This document shows, one piece after another, positions 49,651 to 63,317 of a DNA stretch of 64,000 nucleotides. The position numbers and the translations under genes were made by a program. Origin of the DNA: Lytechinus pictus (lineage: Eukaryota); contig NC_087251.1 of the NCBI RefSeq assembly GCF_037042905.1, forward strand, positions 37,202,001-37,266,000, read 5' to 3'. Positions within the stretch are counted from its first letter, which is position 1, and every line of letters starts with the position of its first letter. A model generated the notes under the pieces. The model saw nothing but the letters and a program-made list of their open reading frames with translations. It had not been told where the DNA came from and did no database searches.

Positions 49651-50073
49651 ATACTATACACAAGATACATGCGTTTGAGTTGGGCCCATTTCCGTTACAA
49701 CTCAAATTTTCCTCCAAAATCGCACCGTACGTTTCATACAATTGCATTTTTTTTTAATGTTTGACATCCTATACCCATAAAAGTATTCTGAAAGGAAATT
49801 GTCTGAGGAATTCAAAAATGCAATCAGAAAAGGCATAGGGTAATGTCATAAAAAGTTAAAGGTCAAATCATGTGGAAAACTGTGAAAAATATATACTTCC
49901 CAATAAATCTGAAAATCAGATAAATCTTACACCCTATAGGAAAATAACATGCATATTTCAACTCTTTAGAAAGAGACCTTTCCAATGATATATAACTTGG
50001 CAAAAAGAAGCTGCTGAAAACTGCTTATCTAATAAAAGAGAGCCAATGGAGTAAATTATAAAGTCAAAAAGGG

Positions 50074-50112
50074 GCCTAAGCTTTCGATCCTAGCAGAATC
50101 TTCGTCGGAGGC
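50074..50112 (-). ncRNA. Minimal type I hammerhead-like motif (Penelope-element type), U4C variant
   Basis: - strand GCCT-CCGACGA-A-GATTCT-GCT-AGGATC-GAAA-GC-TT-AGGC gives stem I, core, stem II, GAAA and a palindromic stem III (AAGCTT). Confidence 0.5.
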
Positions 50113-53100
50113 AAAATGACTTGTTAGGGATATATAACTTGTTAGGGATAACTCTTACCAAAATAATTTTGTGCGATCATCTTTTAAGACAAAATTTCTC
50201 ATCATAATTTTTGGGGTAAATATGTAACAATGCTTGATTTACCCCCAAAATATTATGTAGTCTTGCCTTTAGTTGCATAAATACAATTGCAAACACCAAC
50301 CAGTATATTATGATATATTTACTGTGGTTATAATGAATAAGAAATTATTTCATTTGACTCAAATCGTGGGATTTGTCATCTCTTGGCTCAAAGACCAGTG
50401 GACCAAAGGTTGACAACTGAGAGTCAGGTTCAACATAAATATAGGCAAAATATGAATGCACAGTGAAAACTTTTCATAACTGCTTTAGCTTATTTATACT
50501 TAGTGTGAACAAAAACAACATTTTATAAATAAATCCATACACCTGGCAAAAATACTTTGATTATGTTATTTTATAGTGTTATATCTTAAATATATCCTCT
50601 TGCTCGACATTCTGCAGGAAATGGTCTCTTGGTACTGGAATGCACAAAACACATTCTATGGGTACAATTGCCTCTGTTTAGTGTAATCTTTGTACCAGTT
50701 TCGTTCTCAAGTACATTGTATTTTTTTTGATAATTTGGAAAAATATTCTCTGAACACTTTTGTGCCAGCCAAATATGTGTCATCTACTGATTTATAGACG
50801 CAGTGTGATGTAACATTAAGAAAAAAGAGTAAATAGCATCAGATGAGGGCTTTATTGCTACAATCAAGTTTTCAGCAATCAAAATTGCATAAAAGGTGTA
50901 CTGGCTATCTGCTATGTTACCAGAATAATCTGAAGATTCGGACACATTAAAGTCATCACTTTCAGTCTACACTGTCAAAATTGAAACCATGAGGTCATAA
51001 TTAACAATAAATTGATTTATCTCTGAAGTCTTTAATTAGTTTGTGCTTTTCCTTTTGAAATTTTTGCAGCTTCTAAATTTTATGAAGGTGTAACCTACAA
51101 CTATATTTTATCTCTCCTCATTTTCTATACATCAGACAGCCACTATTTCAATCGTGTTAATTTCATGATTTACATCAATTAATTATACTAATTAGCTTAA
51201 TTAGGTATCCTTTAAACTTAAAAGTTCAAATTTGACCCACTTATGATTAAAGAATAAGCCAGTGAGCCCCAAAACTATTACATATTTAGGTACTTAGTTT
51301 CTTAATGAAATTTTTATGCTCCCCTCGTCATGCTCCCCTTGTCTACCACCATGCAAAAATGGCCAATTGATGTTACATAATTGCTAATTACTGGTAGATG
51401 AAGTAATTTCAGGCATTTCTTTTTCTTTTAAGTAATTGGTATAAAGATTCCCTTTAATGTGATACCAAATATACCCATGTAGCATATGTATTTCAAGTTT
51501 TATACCATTAATCATTTCTTTGCTTGTCGCGCAAATGTAATGATGCCACCTATTTGCGGGCCAAACACAAAACGCATGGCCAGATAAAAACACAAGTACA
51601 AGAAAGTACAAAGAAGCAGTCCAGTGAAATCACAAAATTATAGCAATATCATACAAAAATTACTGCCCACTCACCCCCCTCCCCCTAAGACAGAAGTGAG
51701 AATTCTAAGATGTTAATTGCTCCAACATAAAGCAAGGTACACTGTACGCAAGAGTCTTTCCATGAAGTCACAAAATTTCCATGCAAATCACAAATTTGCA
51801 CACACATTGACTATAAAATGTCTGTAATTGTGATACAGAGGAGTGAAATACTGTCTGAAAACATGATTTTTGACACAATCTCTGTTTTCTTGATATTCAA
51901 AATGGCTGCCATATACAACGCACAGTTCATGCCACCTCTAGCATGAACTGCTATGGGTAGGAGGAGCAAAGTAGCATGCATTTTTAGATTTAAAAAAATA
52001 GATCAACTCCCACACATATTACGCACTCTTTTAATAGAGTCTTTCACCAATTACCATAAAGTTTTAGCCCAAGGCAATTACAAATCTGCGGAAATCTACT
52101 TTTATTTTTTAAATCCTATCTTAGACTTGAGGATGAGAGCTGCATTTAGAAGATTACACTCTCAAGTCTACAGATGAATATGAATTACATGCATTAAAAT
52201 TGGAATATAAGAAAACATACAAGGATATGCATGCAGTAGGAATTTACAAAAAAAATAGTGGATCCCAATATGAACTCTGATATTTTTGGGAAAGTTATGT
52301 GTTCCTTAAATGTTTAGTGAACTTCTTTTGTTTCCCTACTTTAATGGTAAAGACTAAAGGCAATCCCTATTTTTATTTCATACTTTCGTCAGACAATTTT
52401 AAGAAATTTGACTTTTGAAAATTAAGATGATGCTATTTTTCAAATCCAAATTGACTGTCTGGAAATAAATATCAAATCAATGATACAGTATATATAATTG
52501 AGATTTTGATTTGATTTGACTTATTGTTTCACATGGAAATGGTTTGTTGAATCAGATACTATGTCTAAATAACTGTGGATGTGTGTGAAAACATCAATTA
52601 GTGTTGCATTAGCACCGAAAATGTGAGTTGGCTTAGTGATGCAAGGAGTAAAAGAAATTTGAGATCATTTTATCTTTAAAAAATCCTGGCACGCTGGCTT
52701 TTTGTGGTTGTGAAGCAAGTCAATGTTAATATCAACAATCATAAAGCAATGTTTGTTCTGCAAATATGGTGAATCACAAAAGGAATCTATATTGCAAAAG
52801 TATTCAATAGTTACCACTAACAATTAAAGCATGTCTAAGTTTTTTTTAAGCGTCAGTAATAGAAAAATATACTTATCATTGAATATTACAATATTACAAA
52901 AATGCACTGAATGTATTCTTTACCTATTAGAATTCAAACATGGCATTTTTACGGCCATTAAATTCAAATCTAGCGCCCTCTCTCACGTTTTATTCTTTTT
53001 CAAAATACATGTAATAGCTGTTACAGCACATGCTGTACATGTTTAAATGATAATGGAATATAGTTACTGACGAATATTATGTCTGGAAATTTTCGGCCCA

Positions 53101-54281
53101 TCCAATGCTTGAGAAGTTTTTATATCAACAAGACAAATATATATATATATATATATATGCAGATATTCAAATTTGATCAGGAACCCGATCAAATTAAATT
53201 CTAATGCAAAATCTGTAAAACACATTTTTAGTTTTTGGGTAAAGTGAACCCTACCTTTCGAGAATTTAGGGGGCCCTTTTCTTGAATGGTCAAGTTACAT
53301 GATTGCCCAAATCGAACGTGATAACCTGATGTGATGGCACAAACTGAAAAAAAAAATTCATCTACCTAAATTCACTTAGTTTTTATACCAAAATAAATTA
53401 ATCAAATGTTCAAGTCCTACATGTAGAAATTTGAACTTCATCAACAGTCATATGAAGAATGGCGGATATGAAGAAAAAAATGAAATAGAAATGAACAACA
53501 ATTGCCTTTTTTTATTCGATTCCATACACTTTATCAATTATCTTAAGTGAATTCATATTCTGATTAATTATTTTTATTTAATCTGTTTTGGTTTAGATTT
53601 TTGTATTTTCTGCATTTTTTGTTATAACCAAAGGTACATGATTGCTATATTTTGGGTTGTACGTTTACAAATCCTTTAATTCTGTCAGCAATCCTGCTTT
53701 TAATGCAATATAAAATCTAATTTTTTATTTCTATCGTATACCAGATAAATATCTAAGCTTAATAGGCAGGTAAAATTCCAAATATCCTTCATCTTCTCTA
53801 AAATGACGTACAGAAATGGTCAATTATAAACTATAAATACTTCCCTGCTTACAACTACTTAAAGAATAATGAAACCTTTGGAACAAGATAGCCTGCGTGA
53901 AAACAGAAAAAATCAAAGAAACAGATCAACAAAAGTTTGAGAAAAATTAAAATAAATAATAAGAAAGTTATGAGCATTTGAAGTTTAGATCATTATTGTA
54001 ATGTAGATCCTCCTATTGGCAATGCGACAAAGATGCGTGATTTCATCATTACTTTTCTATATATATTTCACTTAAACTGCCTCTTTTATCACATCTATCA
54101 GTAGATCATGCATTCTTTCTATAGGAGGGCATGTAATACAGATTTTTAAAGAATACATTATGGATATAGAGTTTGTATCACCATTAGAGCAAAAAGAGAA
54201 ATTTTGGGGGTATTTTATTGTCCATCAAAGGGAAAGTTGTTCACACGTAATATCACACATCTTTTCACATTGCCAATAAGA

Positions 54282-55178
54282 ATGGCTAAAGTTCATTGAC
54301 CTTAAATGACCTTTGACCTTGGTTATGTGACCTGAAACTCGCACAGGATTTTCAGTGATACTTGATTACTCTAAACCTTCTCCACGTTAATTACTCTTAT
54401 GTCCAAGTTTTATGAATCAGATCCATAAACTTTCAAAGTTATCATGGTAATTCTACAAATACCCCGAACTTGGGCTTTGACCTTGGTCATGTGACTTGAA
54501 ACTCACGCAGGATATTTTGTAATATTTGATAACCCTTATGGCTAAGTTTCATGAACTAGGTCCATATGCTTTCTAAGTTATGATGACATTTCTAAAAGTT
54601 AAGCTTAGGTTAAGATTTCGATGTTGACTCCCCCAGCATGGTCTAAGTTCATTGACCCTAAATGACCTTTGACCTTGGTCATGTGACCTGAAACTCAGGC
54701 AGGGTGTTAAGTAATACTTGATTAACCTTATATTCTAATTTCATGAACTAGGTCCTTACAATTTCAAAGTTATGATGACAATTCCTCAAATAACCCCAAC
54801 ATGGCCAAAGTTCGTTGACCCTAAGTGACCACCCTTATGTCTAAGTTTTATGAACTAGGTCCATATATTTTCAAAGTTATGACAATATTTCAAAAACTTA
54901 ACCTTGGTTAAGATTTTGATGTTGACTCCCCCAGCATGGTCTAAGTTCATTGACCCTAAATGACCTTTGACCTTGGTCATGTGACCTGAAACTCAGGCAG
55001 GTTGTTAGGTAATACTTGATTAACCTTATATTCAAGTTTCATGAACTAGGTCCTTATACTTTTTAAGTTATGCTGTCATTTCAAAAACTTAACCTTCGGT
55101 TAAGATTTGATGTTGACGCCGCCGCCGTCGGAAAAGCGGCGCCTATAGTCTCACTCTGCCATGCAAATGAGGCAAAAA
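54282..55178 (+). mobile_element. HINE-like element family A copy 3 (5'-truncated)
   Basis: Same tandem array and 3' end GACGCCGCCGCCGTCGGAAAAGCGGCGCCTATAGTCTC. Confidence 0.8.
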
Positions 55179-56925
55179 TGAAGGTCATTTTCATTCCAAG
55201 AAAATTGACAAGCAAAAAAAAAAGGGGGGTGGTTCACTACAAAATGAAGGTAATTTTCTTCAGAGAAAATTGACATGCATAAAAAAGGCTGTCACTACAA
55301 AATGTAGGTCAATTTGGTAAAATTTATCCATTTTCTCCACATCCCAGGGCCATGCATGACTGGTGGAGACAAGGCCATGTTTCAGGGGCAGATCCAGCTT
55401 TCGTTAATAGGGGAGAGGGGTGCCATAAAAATATTTTCATCCACATTTTCCCAGTTAAGCTGCTGAAATCTAATTTTGTTGTTGGATCTTGAGGGGGTAG
55501 TCCTAACTAAAGATTGAAGTTTTAAGTACATTTTAGCTTTATTCTCACAAACACAGCACTAATAGGTTATGTGTGCTTTGCACAAGTTCAAATTAAAACA
55601 AATACTTCATGCATTTATACTTGAAAATTGAAAATTCAGAGCAGTTTTTGCTTAAATGTCCGAGTTTCATGATGATATTCCAAACTTAACCTTGGTTAAG
55701 ATATCAATATTGACAATGCCATTACCACCGCTGTCAGAAAGCATTTTTTTTTTCTCTATCTGCGATGCGGATATCAGTCTTTTCTTTTTTTAAATGAAAA
55801 ATAACAATCCCTGTGTTTCTGTGTACCGGTATTGTTTTTTTAAAGTAAACTTTGCTAATAACACAATCAATTTTCTTTTTCAATTATGATTTGGGTCATT
55901 ATTTTTACTACTTTAATCCATCATAAACGACTGATATAAAGCTCCATTTTTTTTTTCAATCTGAGCAATCAGCTCCAAGTATCAGCTGATTTTACCAAGC
56001 ATCTGCACTCTAACAGCAAAACATTATATTATTTTACAAAGCTATTAGCTGAAAATAATCTACGAACCAACTTTTTAAAAGCCTTTGCCTCTTCAGAATA
56101 CTTTACTCTGCAGTGCTGTGAAGTATGACGAATATGACCGCATTTTTGTGTTTTTAAAAGCACATTTGCTCCAACAAAAGTGTGTATTGTTTAAAAACAA
56201 GCACATGAACCCACAATTTTAGTGTTCACACCTTTTTAGTATACCTTTCTCTATGACCATGCAAAATTTGGTGAAAATGACATGGGTTTTGAATTAAGTG
56301 CAGCATTTTTTTGTACTTAGATTTGTTGTAAAAATTTCAATTTTTTTAAGATATGTTTTTCTTTCACACCTTATTTTCAAAATTGAAGGTGCCCCCACTA
56401 CGCATTTGCATTTTTTTATATCCTCTTCATGCATTCCCACAAACAGTCCTTGAATTGTGCTTTTTTCAGGTCAGTAAACATTTTCAGCTTGCATTTTGCA
56501 CATTCACATTAATTTTGAAAAGTCTGTTGCCTAGTTGGTCTAGTGAATATTATACAAAATGGGTATAGCCTAAATGGAAATAAGAAACCATAATGGGCTG
56601 AAATTTGAAGATGAAGTATGATTAGACCATGTGAGATGAAACTAAATGGAGTGAAGACAAAGCTAATGTAGATCAATCAGCAATATACTCACAAGCTAAG
56701 TATTAGAATTGAGTTATAAAACTGACTGCTTAAAATATTCTCAAATTACCACCTGAAACATACCTGTTTAAGAGTGCTTTTTGATAGACATTGACATATT
56801 GTTCAGACAAGTATTATATGTAGACAGTTTTTGTTGTTCTGCTCTGAAGCGCCTTGAGCATCTAATCAAGATGGAAAGTGCGCTATACGAATCTCATGTA
56901 TTGTCATTAATATGATCATATTTAC

Positions 56926-56989
56926 CTGTAATGACATCGTTATCTTTAAAGTTCTTTATTGTATCTCTGCCATAAGAATCATCTCCAAC
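56926..56989 (-). CDS. RBKS: Ribokinase exon 3 (VGDDSYGRDTIKNFKDNDVIT)
   Basis: VGxDxxG motif completing PfkB signature 1, acceptor ATTGTAG|, donor CAG|GTAAAT, 64 nt. Confidence 0.93.
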
Positions 56990-57766
56990 CTACAATATAA
57001 TATGTTGAGATAAGGAAACAAATTACATTTGAGAAAATACATGTACCTGTTTTATGAAGAATAACAAATAGACAATTTCTATAACAAGTTTCCAATCAGC
57101 CAATCAAATTGAATGATTTCAGTAGTTTATAACTTTCATTGCAAACTTATCATCGCAAGTTCTGTGAAATGGGCCACAGTTCAACAACAGCTTTTTCACT
57201 TTTTAAAAAGCAATGTTTAGATTTTTAGAAAGCCAGAATGAAACTTGAAGTCTTCAAAGAGGAAGTTCACACTGACAATAAGTTGCCTGTTGGTTTTGAT
57301 AAAAGCAGAAAAGTGTGAATGTAAATCCATCTAAGCAGAAGAGATTTATGATTTTTTTTCTTCTTAATTTGTGATGTCATATATGTAAGCAGCTCCCCCT
57401 ATAATGTAAATTACAGAAATTCGATTCTTTACAATGAAACATGATCACTAAAAATATTTCTTATCGAATTTGGTATGAAATGATGAGTCTGGTAATATCA
57501 CCGCACAAATGAAATCCCTTTCCCTTTTTTTAAAGAAAAATGGCACATTTGAAGAATTTATATAAAACAACATGGAGCTGCTTGTGTAAGACAAATTCGA
57601 AACTTGAAAAAAATTAATGACTCTATTCTGTTACAGATATTCGTAAAACCTTCCATTTTCCACTTTCAATTTAAGTGAAGAGTAGGCAATATTTGTATCC
57701 TTCATTAAAAAAATGCTTTAATTCAGTTATTAAGAAAAATATACATTATCAAAACATAATGGCCAT

Positions 57767-58120
57767 TTACCCACGTTCAAAGAGGCAAATCTTGACAATG
57801 TTAAGAATTTCTATCTCATTTTCAATAAATTTGGATTGTAGTTCTGTTAACTTTTCTATATTCATTTTATTCAAATGATTTTTAACAGTTAATAGATATT
57901 TCTCTGTTTGTATATTCTGTTTAAAAAGTTTATAAGTTCTCAATTTATTTTGTTCAACATCATTTGCTCGATCATTACGTAAATCCAATAAGAACTGGCA
58001 ATTGAAAATATCTTCAACTTTGCTTTTTATTTCTTCTTCTACTACTCTATCACTATCGACTATCTCACCTAGTTCTAAACAATTCTTATTCACATCCAAA
58101 TATATGTTAAATCCCTTAAG
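57767..58120 (-). mobile_element. Degenerate non-LTR retrotransposon ORF2 C-terminal fragment
   Basis: NKLRTYKLFKQNIQTEKYL resembles the KLRTY..FK..E.YL motif downstream of RT in invertebrate LINEs. No RT core is visible. Confidence 0.55.
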
Positions 58121-58681
58121 ATTGTCCAGTAAAGAATACTTTTACCACATACTCCTACACAGTCAAACAAAATCGTGTTTAAGGAAATACTTTTTTTTCA
58201 CTATGAAAAGGGATGACAATTAGATCTTGCAGGCATTACCTTTGGGGAAAAAATAAGCAGAAAATTTTGCAGATCTGAGAAAAGGGAATTCCCACATGTC
58301 AAATTTAGAATTAAAAAAGAGCTATGTCTACAGGGACGGGTACTGTGGAATTAGAGTTTCCAGAAATAATCAGGTCAATAGCCCTATTCATATGGATAAA
58401 CAAATGCATGACCCCCTAGACTAACTGACCACATTTCCAGTCTCTCCGGAATATCTTGTAAATTAGATGATTAATGTTATTTTTTTAAACAAAAAATCAA
58501 ATATCAAAGTGAGCATAAGGACTCAAGAGCAGACAGGAGTCACAACCCACAAGCTGAATGAATAATGAAAAAATAAAAATAAACAAAAAAAACAAGAAAA
58601 AGGAAAAATGAAACTAGGGAAAATGGACACATTCCCCCCCCCCCCCCCACACCAAAATCTAAGTCCCCTTTTATAATATAG

Positions 58682-61590
58682 AACAAGTGGAATACCTCTG
58701 GCGGTCTCACCTGCATCACGCGATTCAATATAGCAGCAGTGCTGACTTTGAAAACTACTATAGAATAATTATTCACAAAAAACACCATTCATAAAATGAT
58801 ACAATACTACATTCATTGACATTTGACCTTGATCATGTGACCTAAAACTTGTCAGTGAAACTTGATTACCCCTATATCCACATTTTATACACTAGGGGAG
58901 ACCGGGATTAGTTGGAACGCTGGGTAAGTTGAAACATTGTAATTTTCTTTAACGTCTTTAAATAAATTTCTGCAATACTGCCCTCAATTTATTGTCATTA
59001 TCAACAGCCATCCACCATATTACAGACAACACATGTGCAACAAGCCTGGTGAAGTTAGAAAGAAATTTTTGTTTTTTTACCTTCTGGGTAATTTTTTCTC
59101 TTTCAGAAATGTTTTATTATCCCAGAGAAGTTTAGAGATCAAGTTGGCCAGTTTGGGGGTATAATAGACACTTGTACCAAGCTACAAAATGGGGTTATTA
59201 ATATGCCATGGTGAAGTCCCTTTTTTGTGCTGTAAGCTTATAAATGTCAGATGGGCCTCCGGGGTTAGTTGGAACAAAATTGAAGGGGCTAGTTGGAACA
59301 TGTTCCAACTTACGCCAAACATAATTATGAGAAAAAAATATAGAAAGTATTTCACACTCTTCTGAACATGTATTGTATACCATGCTTGTTTTGTTTATCA
59401 GTTAGGTCTGAGTGTGCATTTAAGACCTAATGTAGGCCCCTAATGCAATATTAACCCTTATCAAACTGGGGGGGTCAATTTGAGCCCCCCCCCCCCCCCT
59501 CGAGAAATTTAGTCACTACGCCGTCGCGCGATTTTTTTTTACTACACTGCTCGCTGATTTTTTACTTTCAAGTCATCATTTGAGACCAAATTTGCGATGC
59601 CTGTGTGCGCAGTTTCGAAATTACGCAACATTTTGTACGTGCATATCGGACCCAAAATTGCTAAAAAACGTGATTCCATGTACAAAGTCAATGCAAGTTG
59701 TGTTTTTCAACCAAAAGTCATAAATGTATGATTATTTTTTACTTTTGTTGATTCAAATAGATTTATTTTATGCTAATTATGATCGCAAAAGTGTCCCGAC
59801 AAAGTTCATCGGAAAAAACAAAGGTTCGAATCGAAAAAACAAAGAAATAAAAATAAAAAAACAAAAAATAAATAAGACCAAAAATTAGCATTCTACTAGC
59901 TTAATAAATAGAGTTAAAGGCAAAAACATACAAAAAAAAAAACAAATTTAGGGCAAATTTCATATGCTTATTTGCATAATTAATTAATGAAAAAAATATA
60001 AACAATTATTCTTTATCTTGTAAATTTGATGCAGAAGTACATGAAATTGCTGATAGTACACTTAATTGTATGTAAAATCAAACACACCCAAATATGCGGA
60101 ATTCTACTCACAGTCTGCTTGCGTGAGTGGCTGTATAATAGAAAACAGAAAGTTCAACAAATCCACACTTTAAATATTTTGAACTTGAAAAAAATAAAGC
60201 AAATAGGCTTAAACCATGTAATATTACAGTTTTAAGTAGTTTTAGTATAATTCTTAATTGATCATGCAGTGTTCCAACTTACCCCATACCATGTTCCAAC
60301 TTACCCCGTATTGTGGTAGTTGGAACGTTGGTCTTGTTCAAGGTGGATTTTTTTCAGTACCATAATAGAGTTTAATATTTTATGGGGTACATTTGAAGCC
60401 CTTAGATATATGCTTCAAGCTGATATATTGATTGTTTCTCGAATAAAATCTATTTGGATTTTACAGCAATTTTTTTCAAAAATGTTCCAACTAACCCCGA
60501 TCTCCCCTATATATCTATAAACTTTGAAAGTTATGACAGCAATCTAATAATTACCTCTAAAATGGCCAAAGTTCAATGACCTTAAATGACCTTTGACTTT
60601 GGTCATGTGACCTGAAACTCGGACGAAATGTTCAAAGATACTTGATAACTCTTATGTCCAAGTTTCATGAATCAGATCCATAAACTTTCAAAGTTATGAT
60701 GGTAATTCAACAGATACCCCCCACATGGCCAAAGTTCATTGACCTTTGACCTTGGTCATGTGACCTAAAACTCGCACAGGATGTTCAGTGATACTTGATT
60801 ACTCTTATTTCCACGTTTTACGAACTAGACCAATAAACTTTCAAAGTTATGATGGTAATTCAACAAATACCCCCAACTTGGCAAAAGTCCATTGACCTTA
60901 AATGACCTTTGACCTTGATCATGTGACCTGAAACTCGCACAGGATGTTTAGTGATACTTGATTATTCTTATATTAAAGTTTCATGAATCAGATCCATAAA
61001 CTTTCAAAGTTATGATGGTAATTCAACAGATAAACCCATTATGGCCAAAGTTCATTGACCTTTGACCTTGGTCATGTGACCTGAAATGCGCACAGGATGT
61101 TCAGTGATACTTGATTACCCTTATGTCCAAGTTTTATGAACTTGACCTATAAACATTCAAAGTTATGATGGTATTTCAACGAATACCCCCAACTTGGCCA
61201 AAGTTCATTGACCTTGATCATGTGACCTGAAACTTGCACAGGATGTTCAGTGATACTTGATTACTCTAATGTCCAAGTTTCATGAATCAGATCCATAAAC
61301 TTTCAAAGTTATGATGGTAATTCAACAGATACCCCCAATTTGGCCAAAGTTCATTGACCCTAAATGACCTTTGACCTTGGTCATGTGACGTGAAACTCAA
61401 GCAGGATGTTCAGTAACACTTGATTAACCTTATGTCCAAGTTTCATGAACTAGGTCCATATATTTTCTAAGTTATGATGACATTTCAAAAACTTAACCTT
61501 CGATTAAGATTTGGTGTTGACGCCGCCGCCATCGCCGCCGTCGGAAAAGCGGCACCTGTGTCTCACTCTGCTATGCAGGCGAGACAAAAA
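58682..61590 (+). mobile_element. HINE-like element family A copy 4, interrupted at 58895-60507
   Basis: Both termini are present, and the sequence on either side of the insertion is collinear with copy 2. Confidence 0.85.
58895..60507. mobile_element. Non-autonomous DNA transposon with TA TSD
   Basis: TA|GGGGAGACCGGGATTAGTTGGAAC .. GTTCCAACTAACCCCGATCTCCCC|TA. Comparison with the empty site in copy 2 shows the TA duplication. Confidence 0.85.
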
Positions 61591-62064
61591 TAAAAGGAGG
61601 AACAAAGATTAAGAAAAAGAAAGGAATGAAGATAGCTTGGTCATGAAACTTTTTAATAAACTTTATACTGAATTATATCTTTATTCAGGTTTATTAAGTC
61701 ATCTTGCTGATACTGTACTCCCCATTCCCAATCAAACTACCCCTTTATTAGCGCGATAAAGGACTTAAGGACAATAATTCAGTCAAGAACCATTGTAATT
61801 GACGGGACCAAAAAGTGATGAGCAACAATGTTTGCTAAAATTTTGGCGGCAAAGAAGCGGTGTAGCAGCTGCCTCATACATAACTTCAGTCTTTAGCGAG
61901 AAAATCAAAGATTTTTAATTTTTGCTTTTGACCTTCAATAACAGACTGTTTGCACATCTTCATGAATATTCAATGAGCAAACTGATGATGTCATACCTCC
62001 ACTTGTTATTTAGTATTTTACTATATGAAATTATGTTTATCCAAATTTTGTCTTCCAAGAACTA

Positions 62065-62707
62065 AACAAGTGAAATGCCTCTGGCAGTCTCACCTGCATC
62101 ACGCGATTCAATATAGCAGCAGTGCTGACTTTGAAACCTACTATAACTCCCACAAAATGTTCAGTGATACTTGGTTACTCTTATGTCCAAGTTTCATGAA
62201 TCAGATCCATAAACTTTCAAAGTTATGATGGTAATTCAACAAATACCCCCAATTCGGCCAAAGTTCATTGACCCTAAATGACCTTTGACCTTGGTCATGT
62301 GACGTGAACTCATGCAGGATGTTCAGTGATACTTGATTAACCTTATGTCCAAGTTTCATGAACTAGGTCCATACATTTTCTAAGTTATGATGACATTTCA
62401 AAAACTTAATCTTAGGTTAAGATTTTGATGTTGATTCCCCTAACATGGTCTAGGTTCATTGACCCTAAATTACCTTTGACCTTGGTCATGTGACATGAAT
62501 CTCAGACAGGATGTTCAGTAATACTTGATTAACCTTATAGCCAAGTTTCATGAACTAGGTCCATATACTTTCTAAGTTATGCTGTCATATCAAAAACTTA
62601 ACCTTAGGTTAACCTTAGGTTAAGATTTGATGTTGACACCGCTGCCGCCGCCGCCGTCGGAAAAGCGGCGCCTATAGTCTCATACTGCTTTGCAGGTGAG
62701 ACAAAAA
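62065..62707 (+). mobile_element. HINE-like element family A copy 5 (internally deleted)
   Basis: Both termini present with a short array. It is embedded in a Kolobok-like MITE remnant ending CCCCT|TTAA at ~63056. Confidence 0.8.
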
Positions 62708-63131
62708 TAGATTGACAAGTGATTTAATGCTTTGATCTAATTATTTCAATTAATAATTAAATTTTATAGATATTTATTGCTGCAACTTATCTTATTATAT
62801 GGGAGACATACACACATCATTGAAAATATGAAGTAATTATGACATCATGTAATAACATAAGAAAACGAAAAGCGAGGATGTGACAACATCAGCCAACCTA
62901 ATGAAGATTCATGACAATGTAAATATAACTGTTTTCCCAAAATATTGATGAATTTTAGTCAGTTACCTGATTTTGATGAAATTTTCAGTATTTTGCTCGG
63001 TGAATTTTACTCTATTTATTTTGATATAAAAATTTTCTCATTCCGGAGTACCCCTTTAATGGTATCTCTGTCATTCATGATGACTTTCCGGTAAAGCAAA
63101 CTCAAAGTTTGAATTGTCTAATATCATTTCA

Positions 63132-63317
<186 letters not shown>

